64,000 bases of DNA from Escherichia coli (GTDB taxonomy: Bacteria; Pseudomonadota; Gammaproteobacteria; Enterobacterales; Enterobacteriaceae). Positions 16,543 through 28,000 of the stretch are shown piece after piece (position 1 is the first letter of the stretch; the number at the start of each line of letters is the position of its first letter). The notes beneath the pieces are model-generated. The model saw nothing but the letters and a program-made list of their open reading frames with translations. It was not told the DNA's origin and ran no database searches. A program made the translations under genes and the position numbers. Location: the NCBI RefSeq assembly GCF_003018255.1, contig NZ_CP027440.1, one strand, 5' to 3'.

Positions 16543-16830
16543 ATGCAGCTCAACATTACCGGAAATAACGTCGAGATCACCGAGGCACTGCGCGAATTTG
16601 TTACAGCCAAATTTGCCAAACTTGAGCAATATTTTGACCGAATCAACCAGGTCTATGTTGTTCTGAAAGTGGAGAAAGTCACCCACACCTCAGATGCAAC
16701 ACTGCATGTAAACGGTGGTGAAATTCATGCCAGCGCGGAAGGTCAGGACATGTACGCTGCCATTGATGGCTTAATTGATAAGCTGGCACGCCAGTTGACC
16801 AAACATAAAGATAAACTGAAACAACACTAA
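16543..16830 (+). CDS. hpf: Ribosome hibernation promoting factor
   Basis: True start MQLNITGNNVEITEALREFV (ATG at 16543, Shine-Dalgarno AAGGAAG upstream), 95 aa; ORF-track start is over-extended into the rpoN 3' end. Confidence 0.93.
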   Translation: MQLNITGNNVEITEALREFVTAKFAKLEQYFDRINQVYVVLKVEKVTHTSDATLHVNGGEIHASAEGQDMYAAIDGLIDKLARQLTKHKDKLKQH

Positions 16831-16947
16831 TTGTCCGGGCAATTAGCATGTGCATGGCGGCCTGTTGTGCGGCACAACGGGCCATTTGTACGGTTAATGC
16901 TCCGAGCCTGTTCCACTGTTTGAGTGGGCAGGTTCTTAGGTGAAATT

Positions 16948-17439
16948 ATGACAAATAATGATACAACTCTACAGCTTAGCAGTGTTCTTAACAGGGAATG
17001 TACGCGAAGCCGCGTCCACTGTCAGAGCAAAAAACGCGCCCTGGAAATCATCAGCGAGCTGGCGGCGAAACAACTTAGTCTGCCGCCTCAGGTGGTTTTT
17101 GAAGCTATCCTGACGCGGGAAAAAATGGGCAGTACCGGTATCGGCAATGGTATTGCCATTCCGCATGGCAAACTGGAAGAAGATACTCTGCGCGCCGTTG
17201 GCGTTTTCGTTCAGCTCGAAACGCCTATAGCTTTCGATGCCATTGACAACCAACCGGTAGATTTACTATTTGCCCTGCTGGTGCCGGCAGACCAAACTAA
17301 AACGCACCTGCATACTCTGTCACTGGTGGCGAAACGTCTGGCGGACAAAACCATCTGCCGCCGTTTACGCGCAGCCCAGAGCGATGAAGAGCTGTATCAA
17401 ATCATTACGGATACCGAAGGTACTCCGGATGAAGCGTAG
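16948..17439 (+). CDS. ptsN: Nitrogen-related PTS enzyme IIA (EIIA-Ntr)
   Basis: True start MTNNDTTLQLSSVLNREC (ATG at 16948), 163 aa. Confidence 0.93.
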   Translation: MTNNDTTLQLSSVLNRECTRSRVHCQSKKRALEIISELAAKQLSLPPQVVFEAILTREKMGSTGIGNGIAIPHGKLEEDTLRAVGVFVQLETPIAFDAIDNQPVDLLFALLVPADQTKTHLHTLSLVAKRLADKTICRRLRAAQSDEELYQIITDTEGTPDEA

Positions 17440-17484
17440 TTATTCGGTAATGTCTCTTTTAGACGTTGTGAGGAGAAACAGTAC

Positions 17485-18339
17485 ATGGTACTGATGATCG
17501 TCAGCGGACGTTCAGGTTCAGGTAAATCTGTCGCCCTGCGTGCGCTGGAAGATATGGGTTTTTACTGCGTGGATAACCTTCCCGTAGTGTTGTTACCCGA
17601 TCTGGCTCGAACCCTGGCCGATCGCGAGATTTCTGCCGCCGTCAGCATTGATGTTCGTAATATGCCGGAGTCACCAGAAATATTCGAACAGGCGATGAGT
17701 AACCTGCCTGACGCTTTCTCACCGCAACTACTGTTCCTGGATGCCGACCGTAATACCTTAATTCGTCGTTACAGTGACACGCGCCGACTGCATCCGCTTT
17801 CCAGCAAAAACCTGTCGCTGGAAAGTGCTATCGACAAAGAAAGCGATTTGCTGGAGCCTCTGCGTTCGCGAGCGGATCTGATTGTCGACACCTCAGAAAT
17901 GTCCGTTCACGAGCTGGCTGAAATGCTGCGTACCCGTCTGCTGGGTAAACGTGAACGCGAACTGACCATGGTCTTTGAGTCTTTCGGCTTCAAACACGGT
18001 ATCCCTATCGATGCAGATTACGTCTTTGACGTGCGCTTCTTGCCGAACCCGCACTGGGATCCGAAACTGCGTCCAATGACAGGTCTTGATAAACCTGTCG
18101 CCGCGTTCCTCGACCGCCACACAGAAGTACACAATTTTATCTACCAGACGCGAAGCTATCTTGAGCTATGGTTACCTATGCTGGAAACCAACAACCGTAG
18201 CTACCTGACGGTCGCCATTGGTTGTACCGGCGGGAAGCACCGTTCGGTGTATATTGCAGAGCAACTGGCAGACTACTTCCGCTCGCGCGGTAAAAACGTC
18301 CAGTCACGCCATCGTACGCTGGAAAAACGTAAACCATGA
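17485..18339 (+). CDS. rapZ: RNase adaptor protein RapZ (YhbJ), P-loop NTPase
   Basis: 284 aa; Walker A GRSGSGKS in [23 protein letters not shown]. Confidence 0.93.
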
Positions 18340-18608
18340 CCGTCAAGCAAACTGTTGAAATCACAAACAAGCTGGGCATGCATGCCCGGCCTGCAATGAA
18401 GCTGTTTGAATTAATGCAAGGTTTTGACGCAGAAGTGCTGTTACGTAATGACGAAGGTACCGAGGCCGAAGCCAACAGCGTTATTGCACTGCTGATGCTG
18501 GATTCTGCCAAAGGACGGCAGATTGAAGTTGAAGCGACCGGTCCACAGGAAGAGGAAGCACTGGCCGCCGTTATCGCCCTCTTTAATTCTGGTTTTGATG
18601 AAGATTAA
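18336..18608 (+). CDS. npr: Phosphocarrier protein NPr (HPr paralogue of the nitrogen PTS)
   Basis: 90 aa, [25 protein letters not shown]...; start overlaps the rapZ stop. Confidence 0.93.
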
Positions 18609-18754
18609 TCTTCATCACTTTGACATTCAAATCCCTTCAAGCTCCCCCCGACAATAAGAAAATCACGTACTGAAATCGTTCTCAATCAACGTCATTTGTA
18701 CATTTTGTGCGCTTTTCACTTTCAGAAGAACCTTAAGAAAACCTTAAGAAGCAT

Positions 18755-18771
18755 TGTTTAGGTTTCGTTTA
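18755..18771 (+). promoter_or_regulatory. PhoP box (direct repeat TGTTTA-N5-CGTTTA) in the yrbL promoter
   Basis: TGTTTAGGTTTCGTTTA lies about 12 bp upstream of a -10-like CATACT and about 50 bp upstream of the yrbL ATG; fits the (T/G)GTTTA-N5-(T/G)GTTTA PhoP consensus, and yrbL is a known PhoP target. Confidence 0.7.
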
Positions 18772-18821
18772 AGTTAATCGACCATACTGGAGATCGTCAG
18801 AAAATATTTCCAGGAGATGGC

Positions 18822-19454
18822 ATGATTCGCTTATCTGAACAAAGTCCCCTGGGCACCGGAAGACATCGGAAATGTTATGCGCATCCGGAAGATGCCCAAC
18901 GCTGTATCAAGATTGTCTACCATCGTGGCGATGGTGGCGATAAAGAGATCCGCCGTGAGTTAAAGTACTACGCGCATCTTGGTCGCCGGTTAAAAGACTG
19001 GAGTGGAATACCGCGCTATCACGGTACCGTTGAGACGGATTGCGGAACCGGTTATGTCTACGATGTGATTGCAGATTTTGACGGCAAACCCTCCATTACG
19101 CTGACCGAATTTGCTGAACAATGCCGTTACGAAGAAGACATTGCACAACTGCGCCAGCTACTGAAACAGCTGAAGCGTTATTTGCAGGATAACCGTATCG
19201 TGACGATGTCGCTGAAGCCGCAGAATATCCTCTGTCACCGCATCAGTGAGTCAGAGGTTATCCCCGTCGTCTGCGACAACATTGGTGAAAGCACATTGAT
19301 TCCACTGGCGACCTGGTCGAAGTGGTGTTGTCTGCGTAAGCAAGAGCGGTTATGGAAACGATTTATCGCCCAACCGGCGCTGGCTATTGCCCTGCAGAAA
19401 GATCTGCAACCTCGTGAGAGCAAAACGCTGGCCCTCACTTCGCGCGAAGCTTAA
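18822..19454 (+). CDS. yrbL: PhoP-regulated protein YrbL (kinase-like fold, function unknown)
   Basis: 210 aa, [56 protein letters not shown]... Confidence 0.9.
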   Translation: MIRLSEQSPLGTGRHRKCYAHPEDAQRCIKIVYHRGDGGDKEIRRELKYYAHLGRRLKDWSGIPRYHGTVETDCGTGYVYDVIADFDGKPSITLTEFAEQCRYEEDIAQLRQLLKQLKRYLQDNRIVTMSLKPQNILCHRISESEVIPVVCDNIGESTLIPLATWSKWCCLRKQERLWKRFIAQPALAIALQKDLQPRESKTLALTSREA

Positions 19455-20179
19455 TCCAGCTGGTGCTGTTGCATAAACGACTCACCGCCTAACTGATACA
19501 TCTGCCGTAAAATCCACGCCTGACGGCTACGCACGTAGCCCGATGGCGCGGAGACTTTGAAACGAAGTGGATTAGGTAATACAGCAGCCAGTAATGCAGC
19601 TTCCGAGCGGGTAAGTTTGCTCGCGGGTTTGTGGAAATAACGTTGTGCCGCAGCTTCGACGCCAAACACACCGTCGCCAAATTCGGCGATATTCAGGTAA
19701 ACCGTCAGGATACGCTTTTTGCTCCAGACAGTTTCTATCCCCAGCGTTAATCCAGCTTCCAGCCCTTTTCGAACCCAGCTACGCCCATCCCATAAAAAGA
19801 GATTTTTGGCTGTCTGCTGAGAAATCGTTGACGCACCGCGAATACGGTTTTCATTGCGCTCGTTGTGGGCCAGGGCTTGCTCAATGGAGGCGACATCAAA
19901 GCCCCAGTGCTCAGGAAACTTCTGATCTTCTGCGGCAATCACCGCCAGTCCCATCCACGGCGAAATTTGATCCATACTGACCCAGTCAGAATGTGCCACG
20001 TAACGAAAATTGCCATGCAGCCAGGCGCTGACTTGTCGCTCGGCCATTACCGCTGAGAAAGGAACAGGCGCAACGCTAAACAACGCGATGCCCCCGCCCC
20101 AGAAAACGGCGAGGACAACCATTAACCGCAGAAGAAAACGGCGAACGAAACTAAACACCGTTAAGCGGCTTTTACTCAT
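19451..20179 (-). CDS. mtgA: Monofunctional biosynthetic peptidoglycan transglycosylase
   Basis: 242 aa; N-terminal membrane anchor and GT51 transglycosylase motifs ([28 protein letters not shown]). Confidence 0.93.
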   Translation of the reverse strand: MSKSRLTVFSFVRRFLLRLMVVLAVFWGGGIALFSVAPVPFSAVMAERQVSAWLHGNFRYVAHSDWVSMDQISPWMGLAVIAAEDQKFPEHWGFDVASIEQALAHNERNENRIRGASTISQQTAKNLFLWDGRSWVRKGLEAGLTLGIETVWSKKRILTVYLNIAEFGDGVFGVEAAAQRYFHKPASKLTRSEAALLAAVLPNPLRFKVSAPSGYVRSRQAWILRQMYQLGGESFMQQHQLD

Positions 20180-20829
20180 TCAGCCAGAACCAGCACGCGG
20201 GAAACCAGCTTATCAATGCCGCTCGCCGCTTCTGCAATGTTCTGCGCCAGCATATATGCCGGGGTGGTGACAATCTTATTGTCTTCATCAACCACGATAT
20301 CATCGACAGGACATGGCACATGCTCCGCGCCCATCTCTTCCAGCACTTCTGCGGTATCGATATCAGTACCGATGGTCAAACGCAGCGGGAAATCGAAAAT
20401 TTTCGGCAGCATCGCCGGGGCAATACACATAAAACCAAGCGGTTTTCCGGCCTGATGCATCGCTTGTGCCAGCGCCTTTAATTCACGGTCAACGGTGCAT
20501 TCGCTACCAAGACTGGCAAAATTGCTTAAATTCTTCGCCGCGCCAAAACCCCCCGGCACAATCAACGCATCCAGTTCAGCGGCATCGGCCTGGGCCAGAG
20601 GACGGATTTCACCGCGCGTTATTCGTGCCGCTTCAATCAGCACATTGCGCGTTTCCGTCATCGCTTCGCCCGTTAAATGGTTGATAACATCAACCTGCTG
20701 CTTATCCGGTGCAAAGCAGACCGCCTGCGCACCGCTGCGTGAAATAGCTAACAACGTCAACACCGCTTCATGAATTTCAGAACCGTCATAGACGCCGCAT
20801 CCGCTCAGAATTACGCCAATTTTCTTCAT
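20176..20829 (-). CDS. elbB: DJ-1/PfpI-family protein ElbB (YhbL)
   Basis: True start [21 protein letters not shown] (ATG confirmed at 20827-20829 on the minus strand), 217 aa. Confidence 0.9.
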   Translation of the reverse strand: MKKIGVILSGCGVYDGSEIHEAVLTLLAISRSGAQAVCFAPDKQQVDVINHLTGEAMTETRNVLIEAARITRGEIRPLAQADAAELDALIVPGGFGAAKNLSNFASLGSECTVDRELKALAQAMHQAGKPLGFMCIAPAMLPKIFDFPLRLTIGTDIDTAEVLEEMGAEHVPCPVDDIVVDEDNKIVTTPAYMLAQNIAEAASGIDKLVSRVLVLAE

Positions 20830-20946
20830 TGTGATCATCCTTTCGCAATTGACTGAAACACATTAATTTTTTTAATAAAAATGCTACGCATCACACATTT
20901 AACTGATTCATGTAACAAATCATTTAAGTTTTGCTATCTTAACTGC

Positions 20947-21067
20947 GTGCGGCCTGAAAAACAGTGCTGTGCCCTTGTAACTCATCATAATAATTTACGG
21001 CGCAGCCAAGATTTCCCTGGTGTTGGCGCAGTATTCGCGCACCCCGGTCTAGCCGGGGTCATTTTTT
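20947..21067 (+). ncRNA. arcZ: ArcZ (RyhA/SraH) Hfq-dependent small RNA
   Basis: Sequence GTGCGGCCTGAAAAACAGTGCTGTGCCCTTGTAACTCATCATAATAATTTACGGCGCAGCCAAGATTTCCCTGGTGTTGGCGCAGTATTCGCGCACCCCGGTCTAGCCGGGGTCATTTTTT matches ArcZ as I recall it, including the terminator hairpin and U-tract; located between elbB and arcB and convergent with arcB. Confidence 0.9.
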
Positions 21068-23395
21068 AGTGGCTTTTGCCACCCACGCTTTCAGCACTTC
21101 TACGTCGTGACGCCACTCTTCTTTCATCTCTTCAATCCATTCACCGACGTTATCTTCCCAGGCAGGAAGGTCAGGAGACTGAATTTGCTGACCCAGCTGT
21201 TGCAGATGGCGTAACCCCACTGACCCCGCCGCACCTTTAATTTTATGTCCTTCCTCAACAATGCCTTTTTTATCCTGCGCCGTCAGATTCGACTCCAGCA
21301 CGCTGACATAGCCCGGCATCATCTTCTCAAACACCGCTAACCCGTCGGTGATCAGCTTCGGTCCTACAAGTGCGAGATACTGTTCCAGCATGGGAATATC
21401 GAGCAATGCTTCTGATTTACTGTTCTCTTCTGTCGTCACCGTACTCTCCTCATCATCCTGGGTATCCCAGAATTTCTTGATCATCGCGGTTAGCGCCGGA
21501 ACCGAAAGCGGCTTACTCAGCACATCATCCATTCCAGCATTGAGGTACTCTTGTTTGTCTTTCAGCACGTTAGCGGTTAAGGCCACCAGCGGCGGTAAAT
21601 CCTCGCGCGGATAACGCTTCGTCAGTTCACGAGAGATATCCAGCCCGGTCATATCTGGCAACTGAATATCCAGCAACACCAGGTCGTATTCGCCCGGTTT
21701 AAACATCTCCAGCGCCGCCTTGCCGGTCATGGCGACATCAACGCTGTTACCTAATTTTTCCAGCACAGAACGCGCAACAATCACGTTCAGTTCAATGTCT
21801 TCCACCAGCAGCACATTCAGCGCCGGTAAAGGCATATCGTCTTCATCAAACGCATCATCGACCTCTTCTGCTACCGACGGTGCGTGGATCGTCAACGTAA
21901 AGGTTGAACCTTTGCCCTGTTCGCTGGTAACCGTAATATCGCCGCCCATATTTTTCGCCAGACGACGAGAAACGGCCAGACCAATACCGGTGCCGGTGGC
22001 AGGTTTACCGCCATGACTGTCTTTCACCTGGTAATACATGGCGAAAATTTTATCCAGCTCATCCTGCGGAATGCCGATACCAGAGTCTTCCACTTCAAAA
22101 TGCAGCATATCGCCTTCATCGTAGCGCACGCGCACGGTAACCTGGCCTTGCTGGGTGAATTTGACGGCGTTACTGATGAGATTCCACAGGATCTGCCGTA
22201 AACGCGTCCCGTCGGTAATGACCTGATGCGGTAATGGCAGCGTAGGCTCCAGGTTAAAGCGCAATCCTTTTTGTTGCGCCTGCAATGCGGAAAGATTTTC
22301 CAGATCGGCAAGGAAGCTGGTGAAATCAACCGGCTGATTATCAAGCTGGACCTTACGCCGTTCCATCTTATCCATGTCGATAATATCGTTGAAGATATTC
22401 CCGAGCGTGACGGCCGAAACATGGATGGTTTTGAGATATTTTTCCTGCTCGGCGGTGAGTTCGGTATCCAGCAGAATGCGGCTCAGGCCGACGATACCAT
22501 TCAGCGGTGTACGCAATTCGTGACTGATGGTGGAGATAAACGTCGTTTTGTCGCGGCTGGCCCGTTCAAGCGCATCCTGATACCGCTTACGCTCGGTAAT
22601 GTCGCGACCAAAGCCCATCAAACCGTGACGTTTACCCACGCGGTCGTAGTACGGCACTTTACGGATTTCAAAGCAGGCTTTGCGTCCGTCGGGATAATCC
22701 AGCCACTGCTCATAGGTCAGTGACACATTATGACGGAACACTTTTTCATCGGTTTCAATGACTTTCGCAGCGGCTTCCGGTGAGTAAACATCAGCAGGTT
22801 TCAGATGAACCAGTTGTTTTTCGCTTTTTCCGGTCAGCAGCTCCATCGCGCGGTTACAGCCGGAAAACTCTTTATCTTCGTTACGATAAAAAACCAGGTC
22901 GGGTGAAGCGTCAAGGAAGGAACGTAAGAATGAGGATTGCTGCTCGAGCTGAATTTGTGTCTCTTCGCGCTCTTTGATTTCAATTTTCAGTTGGCCGAAG
23001 GTTTCCTGCAGTTCTGCTTCCGCTTTTTCACGAACGGCGATTTCCTGATTTAGCTGGGCAATATTATCTTTTAACTGAACGTTGAGGCTCAAATCGCGCT
23101 CGCGCATCTCCTCCAGTTTTTGCACCAGTCGTGACAGACGTTGTCGTGACTCCTCCAGTTGCTCGACGACCACCGATAGAAAGTAGACCGCCCACGGCGT
23201 AATCAGCAAACCAAAGAAGATAGAACGAATAACATCAATGCTTTCGACCTGACCATGCAGCACCATGGTTACCGCCATTTGTACCACAATGGCAAGAACG
23301 ACGAGGGCCAGCGCCAGTAACATTGAGAAGCGCACCAGACCTAACTTCATCATCAGGTCAACATAATACTGCGCCAGCAGACGAATTTGCTTCAT
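21059..23395 (-). CDS. arcB: Aerobic respiration control sensor histidine kinase ArcB
   Basis: 778 aa; two N-terminal transmembrane segments, leucine zipper, PAS, HisKA (SHELRTPLN), receiver and HPt domains. Confidence 0.97.
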   Translation of the reverse strand: MKQIRLLAQYYVDLMMKLGLVRFSMLLALALVVLAIVVQMAVTMVLHGQVESIDVIRSIFFGLLITPWAVYFLSVVVEQLEESRQRLSRLVQKLEEMRERDLSLNVQLKDNIAQLNQEIAVREKAEAELQETFGQLKIEIKEREETQIQLEQQSSFLRSFLDASPDLVFYRNEDKEFSGCNRAMELLTGKSEKQLVHLKPADVYSPEAAAKVIETDEKVFRHNVSLTYEQWLDYPDGRKACFEIRKVPYYDRVGKRHGLMGFGRDITERKRYQDALERASRDKTTFISTISHELRTPLNGIVGLSRILLDTELTAEQEKYLKTIHVSAVTLGNIFNDIIDMDKMERRKVQLDNQPVDFTSFLADLENLSALQAQQKGLRFNLEPTLPLPHQVITDGTRLRQILWNLISNAVKFTQQGQVTVRVRYDEGDMLHFEVEDSGIGIPQDELDKIFAMYYQVKDSHGGKPATGTGIGLAVSRRLAKNMGGDITVTSEQGKGSTFTLTIHAPSVAEEVDDAFDEDDMPLPALNVLLVEDIELNVIVARSVLEKLGNSVDVAMTGKAALEMFKPGEYDLVLLDIQLPDMTGLDISRELTKRYPREDLPPLVALTANVLKDKQEYLNAGMDDVLSKPLSVPALTAMIKKFWDTQDDEESTVTTEENSKSEALLDIPMLEQYLALVGPKLITDGLAVFEKMMPGYVSVLESNLTAQDKKGIVEEGHKIKGAAGSVGLRHLQQLGQQIQSPDLPAWEDNVGEWIEEMKEEWRHDVEVLKAWVAKATKK

Positions 23396-23490
23396 TAGGG
23401 AATTCCTTCACGACAACCTGCCCCAATAATACCCAATTCTGACAGTTACGTTATAAATTGTGTGAGAAATGCGGAATTCCCCTCAATGGC

Positions 23491-24420
23491 CTACGCCGTT
23501 GGAGGTAGCCACGGACGTCCCAGCGCCGATCCCTGTACGCCATGTTCATTCAGATAACGATCCAGCTCGACCATTCCCGTCCATCGATTTTCGCACCACA
23601 GCGGAGCAAGCAGCGTCGGGCGACGGGCGCTGGCGGAAATGCGGTGGTAGATCACTTCCGGTGGCGTATGGCGAATCATTTCTCCGGCAGTGAGCGTGTA
23701 ATCCTCCAGTTCAATTCCGTTCAAACGCCCCGCTTCCCAGGCTTTCGCCATAATACTGCCTTTCACAATATGCAGCGGATGCAGCTTTATGCCGTCCACG
23801 CCGGTTTCAACCACTCGCTCCAGCGTTTGCAAACATTCCGTCTGCCCTTCGCCAGGCAGGCCGACAATTAAGTGGGAACACACCTTCAGCCCGCGCTGAC
23901 GTGCCAGCTGGGTTGTACGCTGATAACAGGCAAAATCATGGCCGCGGTTGATGCGATGCAGCGTTTTGTCGTGGGCGGTTTGTAGCCCCAGCTCCAGCCA
24001 CACTTCGTAACCCTGGTCCTTATATTCGCAAAGCAGATCCAGCACCGCATCCGGCACGCAGTCCGGGCGGGTACCAACACACAAACCGACAATATTGGCC
24101 TGGCTCACCGCCTGCTGATACATAGAACGCAGCACCTGAACTTCCGCAAAGGTGCTGGTATACGCCTGAAAGTAGGCCAGATAGCGTTTAGCGCGGTTAA
24201 CTAAATTCGCCTGGTGCGCCAGTTGCTCGGCAATGGAACGATGCTGCTGCGCTTCATCGGCAAACGAGGCCACATTACAGAATGTGCAGCCACCACGCCC
24301 GATGGTACCGTCACGGTTAGGGCAGCTAAAACCGCCGTGCAGCGTCAGCTTATGCACCTTTTGCCCATAACGACGGGTGAGATCACCACCAAACATATTG
24401 ACTAATTTCTGTAACTGCAT
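23491..24420 (-). CDS. yhcC: Radical SAM protein YhcC (TIGR01212 family)
   Basis: True start MQLQKLVNMFGG (ATG confirmed at 24418-24420 on the minus strand), 309 aa; cysteine motif CPNRDGTIGRGGCTFC. Confidence 0.9.
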   Translation of the reverse strand: MQLQKLVNMFGGDLTRRYGQKVHKLTLHGGFSCPNRDGTIGRGGCTFCNVASFADEAQQHRSIAEQLAHQANLVNRAKRYLAYFQAYTSTFAEVQVLRSMYQQAVSQANIVGLCVGTRPDCVPDAVLDLLCEYKDQGYEVWLELGLQTAHDKTLHRINRGHDFACYQRTTQLARQRGLKVCSHLIVGLPGEGQTECLQTLERVVETGVDGIKLHPLHIVKGSIMAKAWEAGRLNGIELEDYTLTAGEMIRHTPPEVIYHRISASARRPTLLAPLWCENRWTGMVELDRYLNEHGVQGSALGRPWLPPTA

Positions 24421-25094
24421 AATCTGATAGACCGCGCCTTGAAAAGAGGCCAAAGCCTGCCATTTTTAGCCCAATTCGGCGATGACCTGGATCAATCGTC
24501 CCGGCCTGCTTTTATCAACTGCATAATCAATCAAAATTACCGAAATTTCATGCACAATCACATAAATCACTTTTGCTTATCTTGTGTCAGATTTTTTTAT
24601 CTCCTTATGGATTTTAGGCAAAAACAGTAGCATGAAACGTTATTACCAATTAAGGCAGTATAAAATGCTGGTTTTCTCGTCAGTTCAAGGCAGGATAAGG
24701 GTTAACACGCCTTTATGACAGTCAGGAATTGGCTGTTTCTCTAACGACGCCCCTTTTAGCCTTAAATAGAAAATCCACTTTAATTTCAGCCAATTAATAA
24801 AGAATTTTGCGCTAAAGCACATTTCTGTACCAATAAGCTTGCCATTTGACCTGTATCAGCTTTCCCGATAAGTTGGAAATCCGCTGGAAGCTTTCTGGAT
24901 GAGCAGCCTGCTCATCATATTTATGCAGTAATTGAGATCCCCTCTTCACCGTATTAACCGATGCGAAAAGGACAACAAGGGGGCGAATGCGAGGCGCGCG
25001 TATGACACGCAAACCCCGTCGCCACGCTCTTTCTGTGCCCGTGCGCAGCGGTTCGGAAGTGGGGTTCCCGCAGAGCCTGGGGGAGGTTCACGAT

Positions 25095-28000
25095 ATGTTG
25101 TACGATAAATCCCTTGAGAGGGATAACTGTGGTTTCGGCCTGATCGCCCACATAGAAGGCGAACCTAGCCACAAGGTAGTGCGTACTGCAATACACGCAC
25201 TGGCCCGCATGCAGCACCGTGGCGCGATTCTCGCCGATGGTAAAACCGGTGACGGTTGCGGCTTGCTGTTACAAAAACCGGATCGCTTTTTTCGCATCGT
25301 TGCGCAGGAGCGCGGCTGGCGTTTAGCAAAAAACTACGCCGTCGGGATGCTCTTCCTGAATAAAGATCCTGAACTCGCCGCTGCCGCACGCCGCATCGTT
25401 GAAGAAGAGCTGCAACGCGAAACGTTGTCGATTGTGGGCTGGCGTGATGTCCCCACTAACGAAGGCGTGCTGGGTGAAATCGCCCTCTCCTCTCTGCCAC
25501 GCATTGAGCAAATTTTTGTGAACGCCCCGGCAGGCTGGCGTCCGCGCGATATGGAGCGCCGTCTGTTTATCGCCCGCCGCCGCATTGAAAAGCGTCTCGA
25601 AGCCGACAAAGACTTCTACGTCTGTAGCCTGTCGAATCTGGTCAATATTTATAAAGGTCTGTGTATGCCGGCGGATCTGCCGCGCTTCTACCTGGACCTC
25701 GCGGACCTGCGTCTGGAATCGGCTATCTGCCTGTTTCACCAGCGCTTTTCCACTAACACCGTACCGCGCTGGCCGCTGGCGCAGCCGTTCCGCTACCTCG
25801 CGCATAACGGTGAAATCAACACCATCACCGGTAACCGCCAATGGGCGCGTGCGCGTACCTATAAATTCCAGACGCCGCTGATCCCTGACCTGCACGACGC
25901 CGCGCCGTTCGTCAACGAAACCGGCTCTGACTCCAGTTCGATGGATAACATGCTGGAACTCCTGCTGGCAGGCGGGATGGATATCATCCGTGCCATGCGT
26001 CTGTTAGTGCCACCAGCCTGGCAGAACAACCCGGATATGGACCCGGAACTGCGTGCCTTCTTTGACTTTAACTCCATGCATATGGAGCCGTGGGATGGTC
26101 CGGCAGGGATCGTGATGTCCGATGGCCGTTTCGCCGCCTGTAACCTCGACCGTAACGGTCTGCGTCCGGCACGCTACGTCATCACCAAAGATAAACTGAT
26201 CACCTGCGCCTCTGAAGTCGGTATCTGGGATTATCAGCCTGACGAAGTGGTCGAAAAAGGCCGCGTAGGGCCAGGCGAACTGATGGTGATCGACACTCGC
26301 AGTGGGCGCATTCTACACTCGGCAGAAACCGATGATGACCTGAAAAGCCGCCATCCCTATAAAGAGTGGATGGAGAAAAACGTCCGCCGTCTGGTACCGT
26401 TTGAAGATCTGCCCGATGAAGAAGTGGGTAGCCGCGAACTGGACGACGACACGCTTGCCAGCTACCAGAAACAATTTAACTACAGCGCGGAAGAGCTGGA
26501 TTCGGTGATCCGCGTACTGGGTGAAAACGGTCAGGAAGCGGTCGGTTCGATGGGCGACGATACCCCATTCGCCGTGCTCTCCAGCCAGCCGCGCATTATT
26601 TACGACTACTTCCGCCAGCAGTTTGCTCAGGTAACCAACCCGCCAATCGACCCGCTGCGCGAAGCGCATGTTATGTCGCTCGCCACCAGTATCGGTCGTG
26701 AAATGAACGTCTTCTGTGAAGCAGAAGGCCAGGCGCACCGTTTAAGCTTTAAATCGCCGATTCTGCTCTATTCCGATTTCAAACAGCTCACGACGATGAA
26801 AGAGGATCACTACCGCGCAGATACGCTGGATATCACCTTTGACGTCACTAAAACCACGCTCGAAGCGACGGTGAAAGAGCTGTGCGACAAAGCCGAAAAA
26901 ATGGTACGTAGTGGCACCGTGCTGCTGGTGCTCTCCGACCGGAATATCGCTAAAGATCGCCTGCCGGTTCCGGCTCCGATGGCGGTTGGCGCGATCCAGA
27001 CCCGTCTTGTCGAGCAAAGCCTGCGTTGCGATGCCAACATCATCGTAGAAACCGCCAGCGCCCGTGATCCGCACCACTTCGCCGTGTTGCTGGGTTTCGG
27101 CGCGACGGCTATTTATCCATACCTTGCCTATGAAACGCTGGGCCGCCTGGTAGACACCCACGCGATTGCCAAAGATTATCGTACCGTGATGCTCAACTAT
27201 CGTAACGGCATCAACAAAGGCTTGTACAAAATCATGTCCAAAATGGGCATCTCCACCATCGCCTCTTACCGCTGCTCGAAACTGTTTGAAGCGGTCGGTC
27301 TGCACGATGATGTCGTGGGCCTGTGCTTCCAGGGGGCGGTTAGCCGCATTGGGGGGGCTAGCTTTGAAGACTTCCAGCAGGATCTGCTGAATCTGTCGAA
27401 ACGAGCCTGGCTGGCGCGTAAGCCTATCAGCCAGGGCGGCCTGCTGAAATACGTGCACGGTGGCGAATACCACGCCTACAATCCGGACGTGGTGCGCACG
27501 CTGCAACAGGCGGTACAGAGCGGCGAGTATAGCGACTATCAGGAATACGCGAAGCTGGTTAATGAGCGTCCGGCAACCACGCTACGCGATCTGCTGGCAA
27601 TTACGCCGGGTGAAAACGCGGTCAACATTGCTGATGTTGAACCGGCAAGCGAACTGTTTAAACGCTTCGATACCGCCGCGATGTCTATCGGCGCGTTAAG
27701 CCCGGAAGCCCACGAGGCGCTGGCGGAAGCGATGAACAGCATCGGCGGTAACTCAAACTCCGGCGAAGGCGGTGAAGACCCGGCGCGCTATGGCACTAAC
27801 AAAGTGTCGCGCATCAAGCAGGTGGCGTCCGGTCGCTTCGGCGTTACTCCGGCGTACCTGGTCAATGCCGACGTCATTCAGATAAAAGTCGCCCAGGGCG
27901 CGAAGCCGGGTGAAGGTGGTCAGTTACCGGGTGATAAAGTCACTCCTTACATTGCCAAACTGCGCTATTCGGTGCCGGGCGTGACGCTGATCTCCCCGCC

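Noticed and set aside
20881-21069. A 62-aa ORF overlapping the elbB-arcB spacer.
   Set aside because: It coincides with the ArcZ small RNA; the region is better explained as a non-coding RNA gene.
24439-24630. A 63-aa ORF starting with TTG in the yhcC-gltB divergent intergenic region.
   Set aside because: No ribosome-binding site, a TTG start, low-complexity AT-rich sequence, and it falls in the known gltB regulatory/leader region; more likely a chance open frame.
24987-25094. The 36-codon upstream extension of gltB given in the ORF track (MRGARMTRKPRRHALSVPVRSGSEVGFPQSLGEVHD).
   Set aside because: The glutamine amidotransferase domain requires a processed N-terminal cysteine shortly after the start; the start at MLYDKSLERDNC (25095) is the more plausible initiation site, and the extension overlaps the leader region.
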